64,000 nucleotides of DNA from Chlorokybus atmophyticus (Eukaryota; Plantae; Mesostigma and Chlorokybus algae). Below, one piece after another: positions 24,973 to 37,477 of this stretch. The first letter of the stretch is position 1; each line of letters begins with the position of its first letter. The translations under genes were made by a program, and so were the position numbers. The stretch lies in NCBI GenBank assembly GCA_009103225.1, contig RHPI01003642.1:24853-88852 (forward strand), in the 5' to 3' direction. The notes under the pieces are model-generated. The model was not told the origin of the DNA. It made no database searches and saw nothing but the letters and a program-made list of their open reading frames with translations.

Positions 24973-27900
24973 ATGGGTCAGGAGGGGTCGCCGGCGAGGC
25001 CTTCCAGTGCGGTGTCTGTGTCGGGCGGTGGTGGTGGGGGCGGCGGTGGGAGGAGGGTGAGGGCGGGAGGGGTGGAGCTGGCGGGGGGAGGGGAGAGCGC
25101 CATCATCGTGCACTACTCCGTGAGCACGCACACAGACTCACTCTATGACACACAGAGCGATGTTGAAACAGGACCACTCCCATACTACTTGTTATGCAGT
25201 AGTAGATCAGTCCGTCTCCTCAACAGTGCATTGATCCAACAGATGTCTGTTGTTGGCTTTCAGGTAGAACAGACGGGCCTAGCGGACGACGGCAACACAA
25301 TCAGACGGGACTGGAAGGAGTGCACAAAAAGGTAAGAGCACATAAGACCATCGGTCCAACACCATTCACATGCTCGTACACTCAGCTGTATAAGTAATCC
25401 TTCACATCGTTCGTGCATCCCGATACATACAGATGCACCACCACCACCACCACCATCACAGTCTCATCCTCATCATGATGATATCTTAGTTATTCCCAAC
25501 CCAGGATACGCGTGAAACCGCCGTCACCCAACGCCGATCTCTCCTCTCTTGCATCTGAAATCATAGACGCCTGCCGCCTGATCCACCGCTCGCGCGTCGG
25601 GGACGTCGAGCGCTTGCTTCGTGAGTTGCAGACGAGACAACAACAATCGCAACACAAAGGAGATGAGGATGGGGAGGGGATGGTGAGGAGGGATAGGGTG
25701 TGGATGGTCAGGGAGGAGGAGGAGGAGGGGGAGGGGGAGGGGGAGGGAATGGGGGAGGAAGCGGATGTGAGGAGGATGGAGGAGTATATGGAACAGCTGT
25801 ACGAGGACATGCCGCTGAAGGTAGGGAGGGCTGAGAAGTGTGGGTGGGTGGGTATGTGGGGTCGCTTGGTGGTTGTGGTTGTGGCTGAAGAAGGGAGTAA
25901 AAGTGACTGTGATATCAGGTTGCAGCTACGAGGCGGATTGCGCAGCTGGCGCGCAGGGTGGAGAACCTCGAAATCCTGGCAGGCCATGAGACTCTGCTGG
26001 TGCGCATGCTTGCGTGTATATGTTCACGTGTTATACTTGCGCAAGTGCGCATGCACATGTGTACAGTGGTGTTTGCATCTGTGACAAAGTCGAGCAAATG
26101 CAGGGCGCACTGGCTCGCGTGGTGCGCGAGGAGGGCGCCAAGAGCCTGGACCTCTCCCTCCACATCGCCCACGTCTTCTTCGCCCTCTCCAACTTTTCCC
26201 ACTTCCACCAAGTCAGTGCACCCACCACATCATTATCCCCATCCAAGTCACCATCAACCTCTAACCCTCAACAACACACTCCTCCTCCCCCCTCCCAGGT
26301 GCTGGTGGAGCAGCAGGTGGGCGTGGTGACCATGCAGATGGTGGAGCTGGAGCTCAAGCGCCTCAAGGCACGGGGAGAGAAGGAGGACAACATGCTGATG
26401 TTTAGACCACAAACAGGGGGGGAGATGAGTGAGGGGCAGCAGAGGACTCTTCTTGCTGCACGCAAACAGGTAGGTGATGGTGAGGATGAGCATGCTTGAT
26501 CTGTAGAGTGCTATGTTGGTGTTGATGTGGGGGTTGATGGTATGTGTGTGTGTGTAAACAGGAGAAGCTGGTGTACGTGTGCCTGTATCTGCTGCTCAAC
26601 ATGGCTGAGGACGTAGGCATCGAGCGCAAGATGAAGAAGCGCAACCTCGTTGTAAGAGACACAATGCACACACGGCAAACAATAACATCTACAACCTCGT
26701 TTAACACCTGATACTGATTTGCCCTCAGGAGATGCTGTGCCAGCTGTTGACCCGCCACAGCGTTGAGCTCCTTTTCCTGTATGCATCTCTCAGATCTTGC
26801 TGTAGTCCAACTTGTGCGGAAGAAGTGCGCAATCAACATGCATTCTTGATGTGTGGCAGGGTGGTGGTGTTCCTGAAGAAGCTGTGCGTCTACCGCGAGA
26901 ACGTGACGCGGGTGCGCGAGTGCGACGCGGTGCGCGATCTCGCACCCCTGCTTCAGTCCCCTAACCAGGCATGACAACAGTGATGCATCAACAGAAATAA
27001 ATGACGACCAAGACGACGGCATTAGATGATATGATGATGTTCAGGCGCTGTTGCTGGTGGTGCTGAAGCTGCTCACCAACCTGTCTTTTGATCCAGCCCT
27101 GCGTGAAGCCATGGTAAGCTGTAGCAACAGCAACATTTAGGACAGCGAACAACAGACACAACATACCTCATGCAATTGGGTGTATGGTCTTGCTCATTGT
27201 TGATGCATGTGCAGGTGAGAGCGGGCATGGTACCCAAGCTGGTGGACCTCCTGCAATACTCACCGCACACGCAGCCGGTGAGAGTCTGATGATGCAGGGT
27301 GCAAGTGGGAGAGACTTGAGCACGCATACACAGATGCAACTGATGCTATCGAACAACAGGTCCTTGGAGTGCTGTATCAGCTCTCTATGGACACGAAGCA
27401 CAGGGCGGTCTTCGCCACCACACGCGCCGCTCCACGCCTCCTACAGGCACGCACTTAGCGTATGATGACACTAGTCACAGTAATCGTCATCGTTAGCATC
27501 ATTCAACAGTCTCATGATCTCACTGTGTGCGGCGGTGCAGATTGTGCTGGAGTTGCCTCAGGCCTCTGCTCTTCCCGAGGCCGTGGCGCTGCTGATCAAC
27601 CTCACGACAAGCGCACGCAACGCGCAGGCAAGCGCGCGCGTGGTCGTCGTTGTTGTGTGCCATGTGACGCATCCACAAACGTACACATGCACATTGTTTC
27701 ATGTAACATGGCTATCTCGCACAGGCGCTCTTGGCGGAGAGGGACGCTCTGAGGGCTTTGGTCGCTCGTGCAATAGAGGCGCGCGACTCCCTTGTGGCCA
27801 AGGTCCTGCGCAACGTCAGCGAGCACAGAGACCTCCAGCCACGCTTCACACAGTAAGCGACAGAGTATTTCAGTGTAACAAGCCATACAGATGCACACAT

Positions 27901-29314
27901 GCGCGCGCGCACGCGCGCACACGCGGATCCACACATATGCTGAAGCGCGCGCATGAGCACACGTGGTGACTCCTTGTACAGCAACCAACAACGTTGCCTG
28001 CCATTGTGACAGCCACGTCAACGCCATTGCGGCTGCCATCAAGTCCCCCAACACCGACCCCAACCTCATGGTACAAACTCCACAGCACTGGGCACTGTAG
28101 TCAATGTCTGATTGGTTTTGGTGAATCGGGAGCAACGACTGTTTGTGTAGCTGGAGTTGGTTGGCACGCTGGGGGCGCTGTGCGGCGGCGGGTCGCGCGA
28201 GTGCGTGGTGGCGGTGGCGGACGCCGTGGTGCGGCACGACCTCGCACCCTTCCTCGCACGAGGCATGACGATCGACGCGTCACCGGACGACGCCATACTT
28301 GAAGTGAGTGTGCGTGAGGATGAGTCATAGTCATAGTCATGGTTAACATGTGGTTGTGTGTGTAGTGATGCTGGCTGTGCTATCTCCTCTGTCTTGTAGT
28401 GTGTGGTGTTGGTGGGCAGAGTGGTGGGTGGTGGTAGCAGCCAGGCCGATGCCGATGAGGAGGACGACGACATGAGTGACGATGGGGAGGGGACTGAGGA
28501 GGAGGAGGAGGAGGAGGAGGAGTTGCAAGCGAGAAGAGACAATCACACTGCCCATACCGCCAGCTCCCGCAAGTGCGCGGAGGCACTGGCACGTGCGGGC
28601 GTGGCCGGGAGGCTTGCGGAGGTGGTGGGGATGCGTGCCGGCGACAGAGCCATACTCATGCAGGTGCATATAGCAGTAGTACTCTTTTTCTGTGACACTG
28701 AGTGCTCTATTGAGCAACACATACTCACCACATGTTGCTGCAGGCTCTCTATGCAATTTGGAGGTTTCTCGCGGTGCCCGCAACGCGCCAGGCCATCCTT
28801 GCGCTGCCTGAGGTATGTAGTGTAAGAAAGAAATGTTATTATGGCTTGGAAGGCACAACTGCAACAGCTGTGTGTGTGCGTGCAGCTTGTATATGCTTTG
28901 GTGGACCTTTGGCGCGCCAGCTCGTACAGCGATATACACCGGCTGGCCGATATGTGTCTTGACGAGGCTTCCGAGGGCGGGGGTGTCGATGATAACAACC
29001 ATCCCAATGGTGGTGATAGCAACTCCTGGGCGGAGCAGATACGCAGGCTCAAGTTCAGAGCTCACAACACCGAGTGGGTCGCGTTGGTTGAGGTGAGTAC
29101 TGGTGTGTGGATGTGTGCGTGAAAGGTGAACATGGGTGATGGTATGTGTGTTTGTCTGGCGCAGCGTGAGGGGGACAGTGAAGGTCATTATGAGGATGGG
29201 GATGAGGAGGAAGGTGAGAGCGATAGCGAGTATGATGAGGACGATGACGCGTTTGGGATGCATCTTGGACACGAGCGCGTGAACTACGGAACACTATCAC
29301 CCGCCGATGAGTAA
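24973..29314 (+). CDS. KAP3: Kinesin-associated protein 3 (KAP/FLA3), armadillo-repeat subunit of kinesin-II / anterograde IFT
   Basis: EIIDACRLIHRSRVGDVERLL, MEEYMEQLYED, IAQLARRVENLEIL, GALARVVREE, VFFALSNFSHFH, KQ|EKLVYVCLYLLLNMAEDVGIERKM, VVFLKKLCVYREN, LKLLTNLSFDPALREAM, LYQLSMD, ALLINL and FRAHNTEW across about 17 exons. The 3' end is approximate. Confidence 0.92.
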
Positions 29315-30462
29315 GTGTGGGTGCAATTGTCTCCATGGTTATTATTGTTGTTGCCATGGTGGGGCGTAAAGCGCATATGGTTTATGTGGTATGTGCGCAG
29401 GGAGGAATATTGGGATGGCAATGAGGGGTATGCTCGACAATATGCGCAAGCGTAGTGCCTTCACACGTAGGCCGTGACAACCGATCTTGTAGACCATCAG
29501 ACAGTGAACATCGTTGTGGATACTTTGATAACTGTACCGACGCCTTGGACACACAAACGCAAATCAACACGCTAAACCATCCCTAACACATTGGCATGCA
29601 TGTGACTGCCACTATGTGTTCAAGGGTGAAGGCAAGTAGTTGCATGGTAACTGTTGTTGAATGGGAGAGACGGCAACAGTGCAGTGAGTAAGCTTTGCAT
29701 CAACGCTGTTAGTTGTGCAGCAACGTCTACCTGTAAGAAGCTGCAACTTAGGTTCACTTGCCATAAGCAGACAAAGAAGCACTGAGATATGTAGATACGT
29801 GGCATGTGCAGCGAAAACATGAAACAGACCATGCTCCGTATGTACAGACGGAAAGCTGCAATTTAGTGTACTTATCATATTTATCATAAACAGACAGAAA
29901 AACAATTGTATATATCGACGTATACATGGCATGTGCAGCAAGAATAAGAAAAACCACTTTTATTGCGTGTAGTGTGCAACATTACACATACAATGTATCA
30001 CAAGACCTGACCTGGTACATTGCATGTCGAATGTTACACCGTCTTGCCCCAAGCAGGCCTTGTGACCATGACAATAATAAAGGCATGATGTCAACTTACT
30101 TTGTATACAATGCATCTCCTCATACTCACCAACATCAGCTTTATCAAGTTAGTGCCCACTAATGCGCAGTGGCGACACAGCAAGCTTGCGCAGCACCGAA
30201 AACCCTTGAATCTGTGACATGTAGATGCAAACAAGCAGACACAGCAACACAACATCAATACACCTTCGTAGAATAGCAGAAGGTGTCTCAACCACTTATT
30301 GCCATAACAATCAGTCCTACTGTACAGCATATTCTACTCATGTATGGTCACATGTTCGACGTATAACACAAAGCCGAAGCTGGCTACTTCATGGACCAAC
30401 AACGGGACGCGCGCAGCAAACAACTACTTATGAACACCAGCACAACCATAGGGGGCCATCAC

Positions 30463-32835
30463 TCAATGCATTGGCTTGCGGAAAGACAGCGTCTTGGACA
30501 CCTGCAATGATGATGATGTGTGAGGTTCGACACACTCGAAGTACACAGTGACAAACAACTAAGTGTAAAAACCGCTTGCAGCTGCATTGACTTACCCATT
30601 CCAAGTGTTTTTCCCCGCACTCAAACCCAGCCTCCTTGAAGAGCTTGCCCAGATCAGTCTGTGTGTAGTTCAGATGGTGGGGCTCATTAAAATTGTCAGC
30701 GAACCACGCATTGGCCATCTTCAGCATGTGCACGCGGTCACCCTCTTGCAGCGCGTCTGTGATCACCACAAGACCGCCGGGCTTGACAACTCGGAACATC
30801 TCCTTCACGGCAGCGCGGTGAGCCTCAGCAGGAATCTCATGGAAGAGATAGATGTTTGTGATCACGTCGTATGAGTTGTCGGGGAACGGGAGCTTCTCTG
30901 CAGGCGCTTGCACATAATCGGACTTGCCCCTATCCTCATTGTTGGTAAAGCTAGCCCAGTACTTCATGTTGTCACGAGCTTTCTCAAGGTAGTAAGCGCT
31001 CAGGTCCAATGCAGTAACTAACATGTCCGGGTAATTGTCCCGGGCAAAGGTCAGGAATCGGCCTGTACCACAAATTGAATGTTAAAAGCCACACCTTGTG
31101 TCACAAGCCATGCCAATTTGACATTAAATCTGACTAAAGGCAACAACCAGCGACAGATACACCCGTCAGCAAGCATGCAAGAGACACACACAGACTTCAC
31201 ACACCTGTTCCGCAGGCAACATCCAGCAACTTCATTTTGCCCGGAACCATGCGCTCCTCCTTGATGTAGTTGGTCACAGGTATCAGTGTGTGGCGTTGCA
31301 TAGAATCCTGCATCCCAGCGAACACCAATTCTGTCTGGTACTCGTAGGCTGCTGCGGAGTCTGAGGAGAACCACCCGTCCGGCTGGAAGTGGAAGTTCTG
31401 TGCACACGGGAATATGAGCAACACAGCATACAGTGACAGGGTGCTGCTGCAACTACAGCAAGGCATTGCATATACACTCACGTGTAGGTAGTAGTCTGGG
31501 TACAGATTGCTGTCAATCCAAAGGTCCTTGCGCTTCTTGCTCTGCATAATGCGGTTGGCGCCAACTGCACTGGAAACAAGGCGCGCGATGTTGCGCACTA
31601 CAAAGAGGGGGTTGAGCTGACGATGTCTCAGGTTCATGTCCCAAGGAAGCCTGCATAAGCAACAATGTCACACCCGAGCAAGGGAATTGCTCGGCATACA
31701 CACGACTGCAGCATTGAGTGTACATGCAAGTGTTGGCAAGGACACAATAGACCCGCGCTTGCAGTGACATAGCACAACTTACTTGTAATAGCCAGCCTTG
31801 ATGTTCGCATAGTCCTGCTTGAAGAGCTGAAGAGCATGCGTGATGCCATACCGGTAGTCATAATCCCTGCCGGTGATTTGGGAACCGACCAGGTACTGGC
31901 TGATAAAGAAAAGCGTGCGCGCTGAATGATAAGCCCAGTACTATGTAGGACGCGACAAATAGTGATGTAAGTATGTCGCCAACCGTGTGTTGGACTTAGC
32001 AGACTTATGTAGAAGCAAGAAGCTTACGCTTTGCGGCACAAGTAGAACTTACCAGCCGTCCTGTCCAATCGGATGTCCTAACCAAATCAGCAAGCTCGCG
32101 CTGCACATCCCCAGCCCGCTCAATGTCGGCCTTGAAGTCTTTCCAATACGCGACAGACGGAAACTCCTTGAATGAGTGTGTGTCGTCCATGCTGCTGAAC
32201 TGTTCAGGCGCTGCAGCCACCTGCAGACAGTGCACAAAGTTGCAAAAATTCAGGACACCAAGCCACGTCCGTGTGACAGCAAGCCAACGGTAGCGATCTG
32301 CACGCCTGCCGACTAGCAGTCCCTCCCCCCCCCCCCTGCCCCCATCACCACGACCGCAAGCAAAGGAACCCAAAGTGACTACGATTGAGTTCAAGCGGTA
32401 GCAGTCAAGACTCTTGCCTTGGGGACCACGACAAGGTTCGCAGTTCCAGCAGTGGTTTGCAGTGTGGCCAACAGCTTCCCGTTGTCCAACTCCCTTGACC
32501 GCTCAGAAAGCGGGATGTCTGACATTGGCCTCGAGGGCGTCTGGACGGCAACTGTCGCCAGCCATCGCCTTGCAGGCACAGAGGCTGCTCTCTTGCCACT
32601 GAACCGAGACACCTGCGCAAACGCACGCAGTCATGCAACGAGCATAGCTGCAAATTTGCACTTGAGCTGAGCACCAATAATGTGTGTCTGGTGTTAGGAA
32701 GATGGTTTGGTAGTTGGAGACGCGAGCAGAATTGTTGCAACTAACCAGCTGCAGCTGGCGCTGGTGTGGTCGCTGGATGCATGTTGCCCGTGCAACAAGT
32801 AGGCAAGCCCGAGGCGCCGCCACTGTGCTTGCCAT
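30463..32835 (-). CDS. Class I SAM-dependent methyltransferase (UbiE/type-11-like, probably plastid-targeted)
   Basis: Transit-peptide-like MASTVAAPRACLL...; NFHFQPDGWFSSDSAAAYEYQTELVFAGMQDSMQR; motif I LLDVACGTG|RFL; ALDLS; AEKLPFPDNSYDVITNIYLFHE; VVKPGG; last exon VSKTLSFRKPMH*. Confidence 0.88.
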
Positions 32836-34042
32836 GCTTGAGACACCGCCTGCTGGGGCAGCAGCAGCAGCAAGAGTTTAGCGTTGACAAGCAAGACAGT
32901 CTAGTCTGCGATCCCAGTCAGCCGGACACCAAAAATTGAGGCAAAATCTTGTACTGAAAGTGGACTTTTGTCAAACCTACCACATTCTAGCATGCCAGTG
33001 CGGTGCGGAGCACTGTGATGAAAGTTGTCACATGCATGTCGCATACTCTGCATGCTGCGGCAGCGACGTTGCGCAAACGGCACAAGCTACGACGTGCTTG
33101 CAGACCGGAACCACAACAGTAACGACTACAGCAATGTACGTAGGAGGTGCTCACAACCGCCTACGTCTGCCAGCTGGGAGCATGCAAGTCTCTTAAGGTT
33201 AAACATGCACCACCCCAACCTGAGGTTTTCACGCCGCAGCGCCTCCTCTCAAGCTCAGGACGATGCTACCGCCTGCTAGTGCAACAGGCAAGTGCCAGCG
33301 CAGCGAGTCTGCCTGAGCCTACCTGACCCCACGTCACCACTGGCTCTTGCTGCCCGAGGCTCACTCTGCTTACACCAACTTCGGACAAAAGTGGTGTGCT
33401 TAATCAAGCAGTTGTGAGAGAGATCTACCCGTCGATGTGGCGCTGCTGAACGGCCGAAGTGGCGGCCACGCTGTGCGCTGGGCGAGTGGTGGCAAGCGTG
33501 GGATATCGGACGTACGGAATCTGATCAGTAGGTAGGCCTAGCCTAGTGTGCCCATTGGAAGACGCCAGTCTCACGTGGCACTGTCGCCGCCGTCGCTGAC
33601 GTCTGACTGCACAGTATCACTGTCGCACAAGCGTAAGCGTGACGCTGCAAATGGCGAAGTCGGTCACAAGTTGTGACCAAGTCGCCAGTTGTGACTCGCA
33701 ACTAGATTGCTGGTTGAAACTTGAAGTTCAACCCCGCTTCAGAATGCTGGAGGATTACCTAGGCATATAAGTATAAACGTCTATAAAACATGCATTAACG
33801 TCTACTGACATACCTATAGCCAACGACGGTCTGGACGCTTATGCTTGGCGATACGCATAAAGGTTTGGGCGTATGCATGACACATGCATTATTAAAGAAT
33901 TCATTGCTTTACACACATGTGAAAATATAATTGCTTGTTGATTCATATTCTTTGTACTTCATGATTATTCCACGAAAGGCCCCGAACACCCTGCTTGCGA
34001 CACCTCGGAGCACGGCTTCAATGTCATCATGATGTACAGTCC

Positions 34043-34550
34043 TGTAACAATTGGGGCCTGACCACTAGGCCATGGTAGTAAAAGACACTACCATGAGTGA
34101 GGTCTGTCACAATAAATCCCAATTCGTGACTTTCCTCCCCAATTTATCCCGTGAGTTCCTCATAATCCAATGAGGCACTAGCCCACATCACCGTGTTCGC
34201 GGCCGTACCACGATTGGCCTGCCCGCGGCCTGTTGGATCCGGCCCACGAACGGTCCTGACCGATCGAACGGCCATCCTCACCACGCGACCTGCCATCGCA
34301 GCGCGACCGCTCACGCGGCCTTATGTTGATCTGGCTCGGCACGCAGGTTGTGATCCCGCGCCCAGCCTAGGGCAAGCCGCCCCAAATGTTTTTGTTTTTG
34401 CCTTGGATCTGCCTCAGTCCCCTACGGAAATTGAACATGAGACGTCAAGCTCCTTTACCATTGTAACAATTGGGGCCCGACCACTAGGCTATGGTAGTAA
34501 AAGACACTACCATGAGTGAGGTCTGTCACAACTTATCCCAATTCGTGACA
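34043..34550 (-). mobile_element. TRIM-like miniature LTR element (two 89-bp LTRs, non-coding interior); second copy at 39314-39821
   Basis: Direct repeats 34043-34131 and 34462-34550 (about 6 differences), with TGT(A/C)AC..AATTGGG terminal inverted repeats. On the minus strand the 5' repeat is followed by A-TGGTAAAGGAGC (PBS-like) and the 3' repeat is preceded by GGGGAGGAAA (PPT). No clean 4-6 bp target-site duplication. Confidence 0.6.
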
Positions 34551-35019
34551 TCCGGTATGAAGGGTGTGAAATTGTATTCACAAAACCAACCCTTGAGAGG
34601 CAGTCCGGTGGCAACATCGGCTGCCGTTACCGCCGGTCAGTGCGGTGAGGCCGCCAGAGTTACTTCGTGCTGCCGATATCAAACTCACAACTCACAACTC
34701 GCTGATATCAACCTGTAGGGTTGATTCAACGAGATTTTCGCACCCTGTGTGTCAATTTCAATTGTGGGTTGAGCTGAGTTGTACAAAGTGAAAACTTTGA
34801 CAAGTTGTATCTTGTGAATCGCCGCGTGGATTCACGTGCGGTTTGTTTGAGAGTGAGTGTCTAGTTGAAAGGTGTGTGGAGAGCTCTTATTTGAGCTGAA
34901 TACTCCACGTTAAGCACTTGAAACTTGACAAGACAAAAACTATAAATTCTGACACTTTTGCAGTGCACAACTTGCGTGTTTGTGCACTTCTACTATTGAC
35001 GGCTTGTATTCTTGGGCAG

Positions 35020-37109
35020 ATGTCTGACTCAGGAGGGGATGATGTGGAGTAGTCCACATCATATGAGCCATCGAGTGAAGAGGAAGTGAACTACTCTGAC
35101 ACGAGTGAAAGCTATAAGCTTACTGACAGTGAGAAGGAAGGAGCTAAGCAAGACAGCGAAGCTTCTCCCAACCAGTCTTCTCACAGTGAACCAGCTGCAG
35201 TGGACACACAGAGTGTCATTGGCGGGGCCATTGAGAAGTATGCCTCAGAGCGTAAAGCTCTACTTGCTGCCCACCCTCAGCTTTGTCAGGAAACGTGGGA
35301 TGCATGGGCGCAGACGGTTCGTGATGGCTATGAGACAGACTTTGCCACACTCCCTGGTGCAAGCAAGGAGATGGTGATCCGCATGCTCGAACTTGAGCTG
35401 ACGAACAACATCCCGCCACTCGTGCGAGGTAATCCAAAGGTGGCTGCTATCATGACCGTATATGATAAACCTCTCCCTTACCAAGGCAAGCGAATGGCGT
35501 TTGAGGCTTTGGCCAACTTGGGAGTGGAAACCTCACAGCGTTGCAAGAACGTGTTCTGATACTTGGGACCTAACTTGGAAGACAATTTGACTGGCTGAGT
35601 GCAGTTGACGGCACGCCTCGATGCTATGCAGTCTGAGTTGGTGGCGCTGCACCAACAGGTTGCGGGTGCTACTTCAGCAGTCGGTGCATCAGCGGGGCTG
35701 CCGGTTACAGCGCTGAACAAGCTAGAGAAGTTCAAGCCCAACGGCAGTGTCAGCATCCATGATTGGGTGGTCACTGTCGAGCACTACATGACGGCACTCA
35801 AGCGCCCGGTTAATGAGCGCATTGCTGTTGCTGAGTTGCTCATGCCATCTGATGCTCTCGCCGAATGGGCGAGGCAGACAGAAGATGGTGCTGCCAAGAC
35901 AGTGGAGGCACTTTTTTAGTTCATGATGGAACGCTATATGGTGGCATGGACCCGGCTACTCAGGCTCGCAACAAGCTCAGCAAGTTGCGCCAGAATGGTC
36001 GGGCGGCCTCAGCCTATCTGCAGAAGTTTCAGGCATTGGTGGGTCGTGCAAACAGCGGCCTCATGCCCATGGACAAGGCCGAGCAATTTAAGTTCAACTT
36101 AAATGTACAAGTTGTACAAGCGCGGCTTAGATGCGCGTGTGCGTGATCAGCTGCAGTACAACACGGCAACGGAACTTTCTTGGGTTCCAGAGGACTTGGC
36201 CAAGCTGCAGAAGCTGAGCGTGTACCTGTACAATGATGACACGGCGGTGCAGGACAAGTCACATGTGGCAGTTTCGACCAAGCCGCCGGGGGAAGGAGAA
36301 AAGCGTTTCTCTCATCCGAGTGCACACATGGCAAAGAAGGCGAAAATATTTGGTGCGTCTACCAGTGGCGCACCTGCTAGTGGTGCCATGCCTGCTGCTG
36401 CTCGCACCTGTTACGTCTGTTATCAGCCTGGCCACATCGCAAAGAACTGCCCAACCAAGGGGAAGGGCAAGGCCAAGAAGGTTGAATAGGATTACGCCGT
36501 GACTGATGTAGGATTGGTTGATAACCAGTTGCTTGTACTAAAAGCAAATTGGTTTAGTGAGCTGTCCCAAGTGCATGTGATGACGCATGCATGGCAAGCA
36601 CATAGCAGGTTGCCCCTTTTTGATGTTGAACAGGTGGAAGAGAATACTTGTGTTGTGGTACATGTGGAGTTCAACGTGCTTACCGATGTGTTGCACACTT
36701 TGACTGAGTTGCAAAGTAAGCACAGAACCTTAGGTGTGGTAGTGATGGTGCCTAAATATCATGGCCCATGGTTGAAACACACTCGAGGGGGAACTGTGTT
36801 GAAGCAGTTTAGCAAGCGTGAAACAGGGACAGTGCGATTGTCATCAATTTTACTCAACCCTCGCATTAGTCACGGACTCTTTGCTACTTTTCAAGGACGG
36901 GTTGTACCTCTGTTGTGGACATTCAGTGGCACAATGCAAGGGATAACCAGTTCGTTCTTGATTGACACTGGTGCAACACACAACTTTTTTAAGGAACGAT
37001 GGGTTATGCGCAATAAGATAGCGTGTAAACCCTCAGCATTTTCAGCTGCCGGTGCTGAGGGTACGTTGCTAGTGAAAGGAGAAGTTAAAATGACGGTATA
37101 GATTGGTAG
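35020..37109 (+). mobile_element. Decayed Ty3/gypsy gag-(MTase-like)-protease, truncated in the protease; duplicate at 40291-42380
   Basis: Retrotransposon Gag-like segments (IHDWVVTVEHYM; QARNKLSKLRQNG...YLQKFQAL), zinc knuckle CYVCYQPGHIAKNC and protease LIDTGATHNF. Several in-frame stops and frameshifts. Confidence 0.85.
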
Positions 37110-37477
37110 TGTCGTGCCTGTTATGGTCGAGGGCAACCTTGTCTCGGACAGGCTGCGGAGGAGTGCTAGTGCTGCACGCATGCTAGTGCCGTGCACTGCA
37201 TTGGAGTCATGCAAACAAAAGACAACCCCCCAATCGTGGGCATAGGCTTGAAGATGGGCCTACGCGATGTTTAGTGTAGTGGACGAGCCGATGCCGCTCG
37301 CCACCTTTGTGTACAGACTGTGCCGTAGTGCACACAGTCAACAAGCCACTACGATAGGTAGTGCTGTGGACACAGTTCTTTGCATGAGTGGATAGAATGA
37401 TACACTGTTAAGTGAGGTGAATGAGTGTGCAACACGTGGATACAACACCCTGACTACTGAAACAACACACCACCGAN

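Noticed and set aside
33652-33710. Hairpins followed by CTAG, resembling a Helitron 3' end
   Set aside because: CTAG is followed by A rather than T, and no matching 5' TC end or Rep/Hel remnant is visible.
36487-36498. In-frame TAG after the Gag basic tail as a programmed read-through site
   Set aside because: The element has many other stops and frameshifts, so one copy cannot distinguish recoding from decay.
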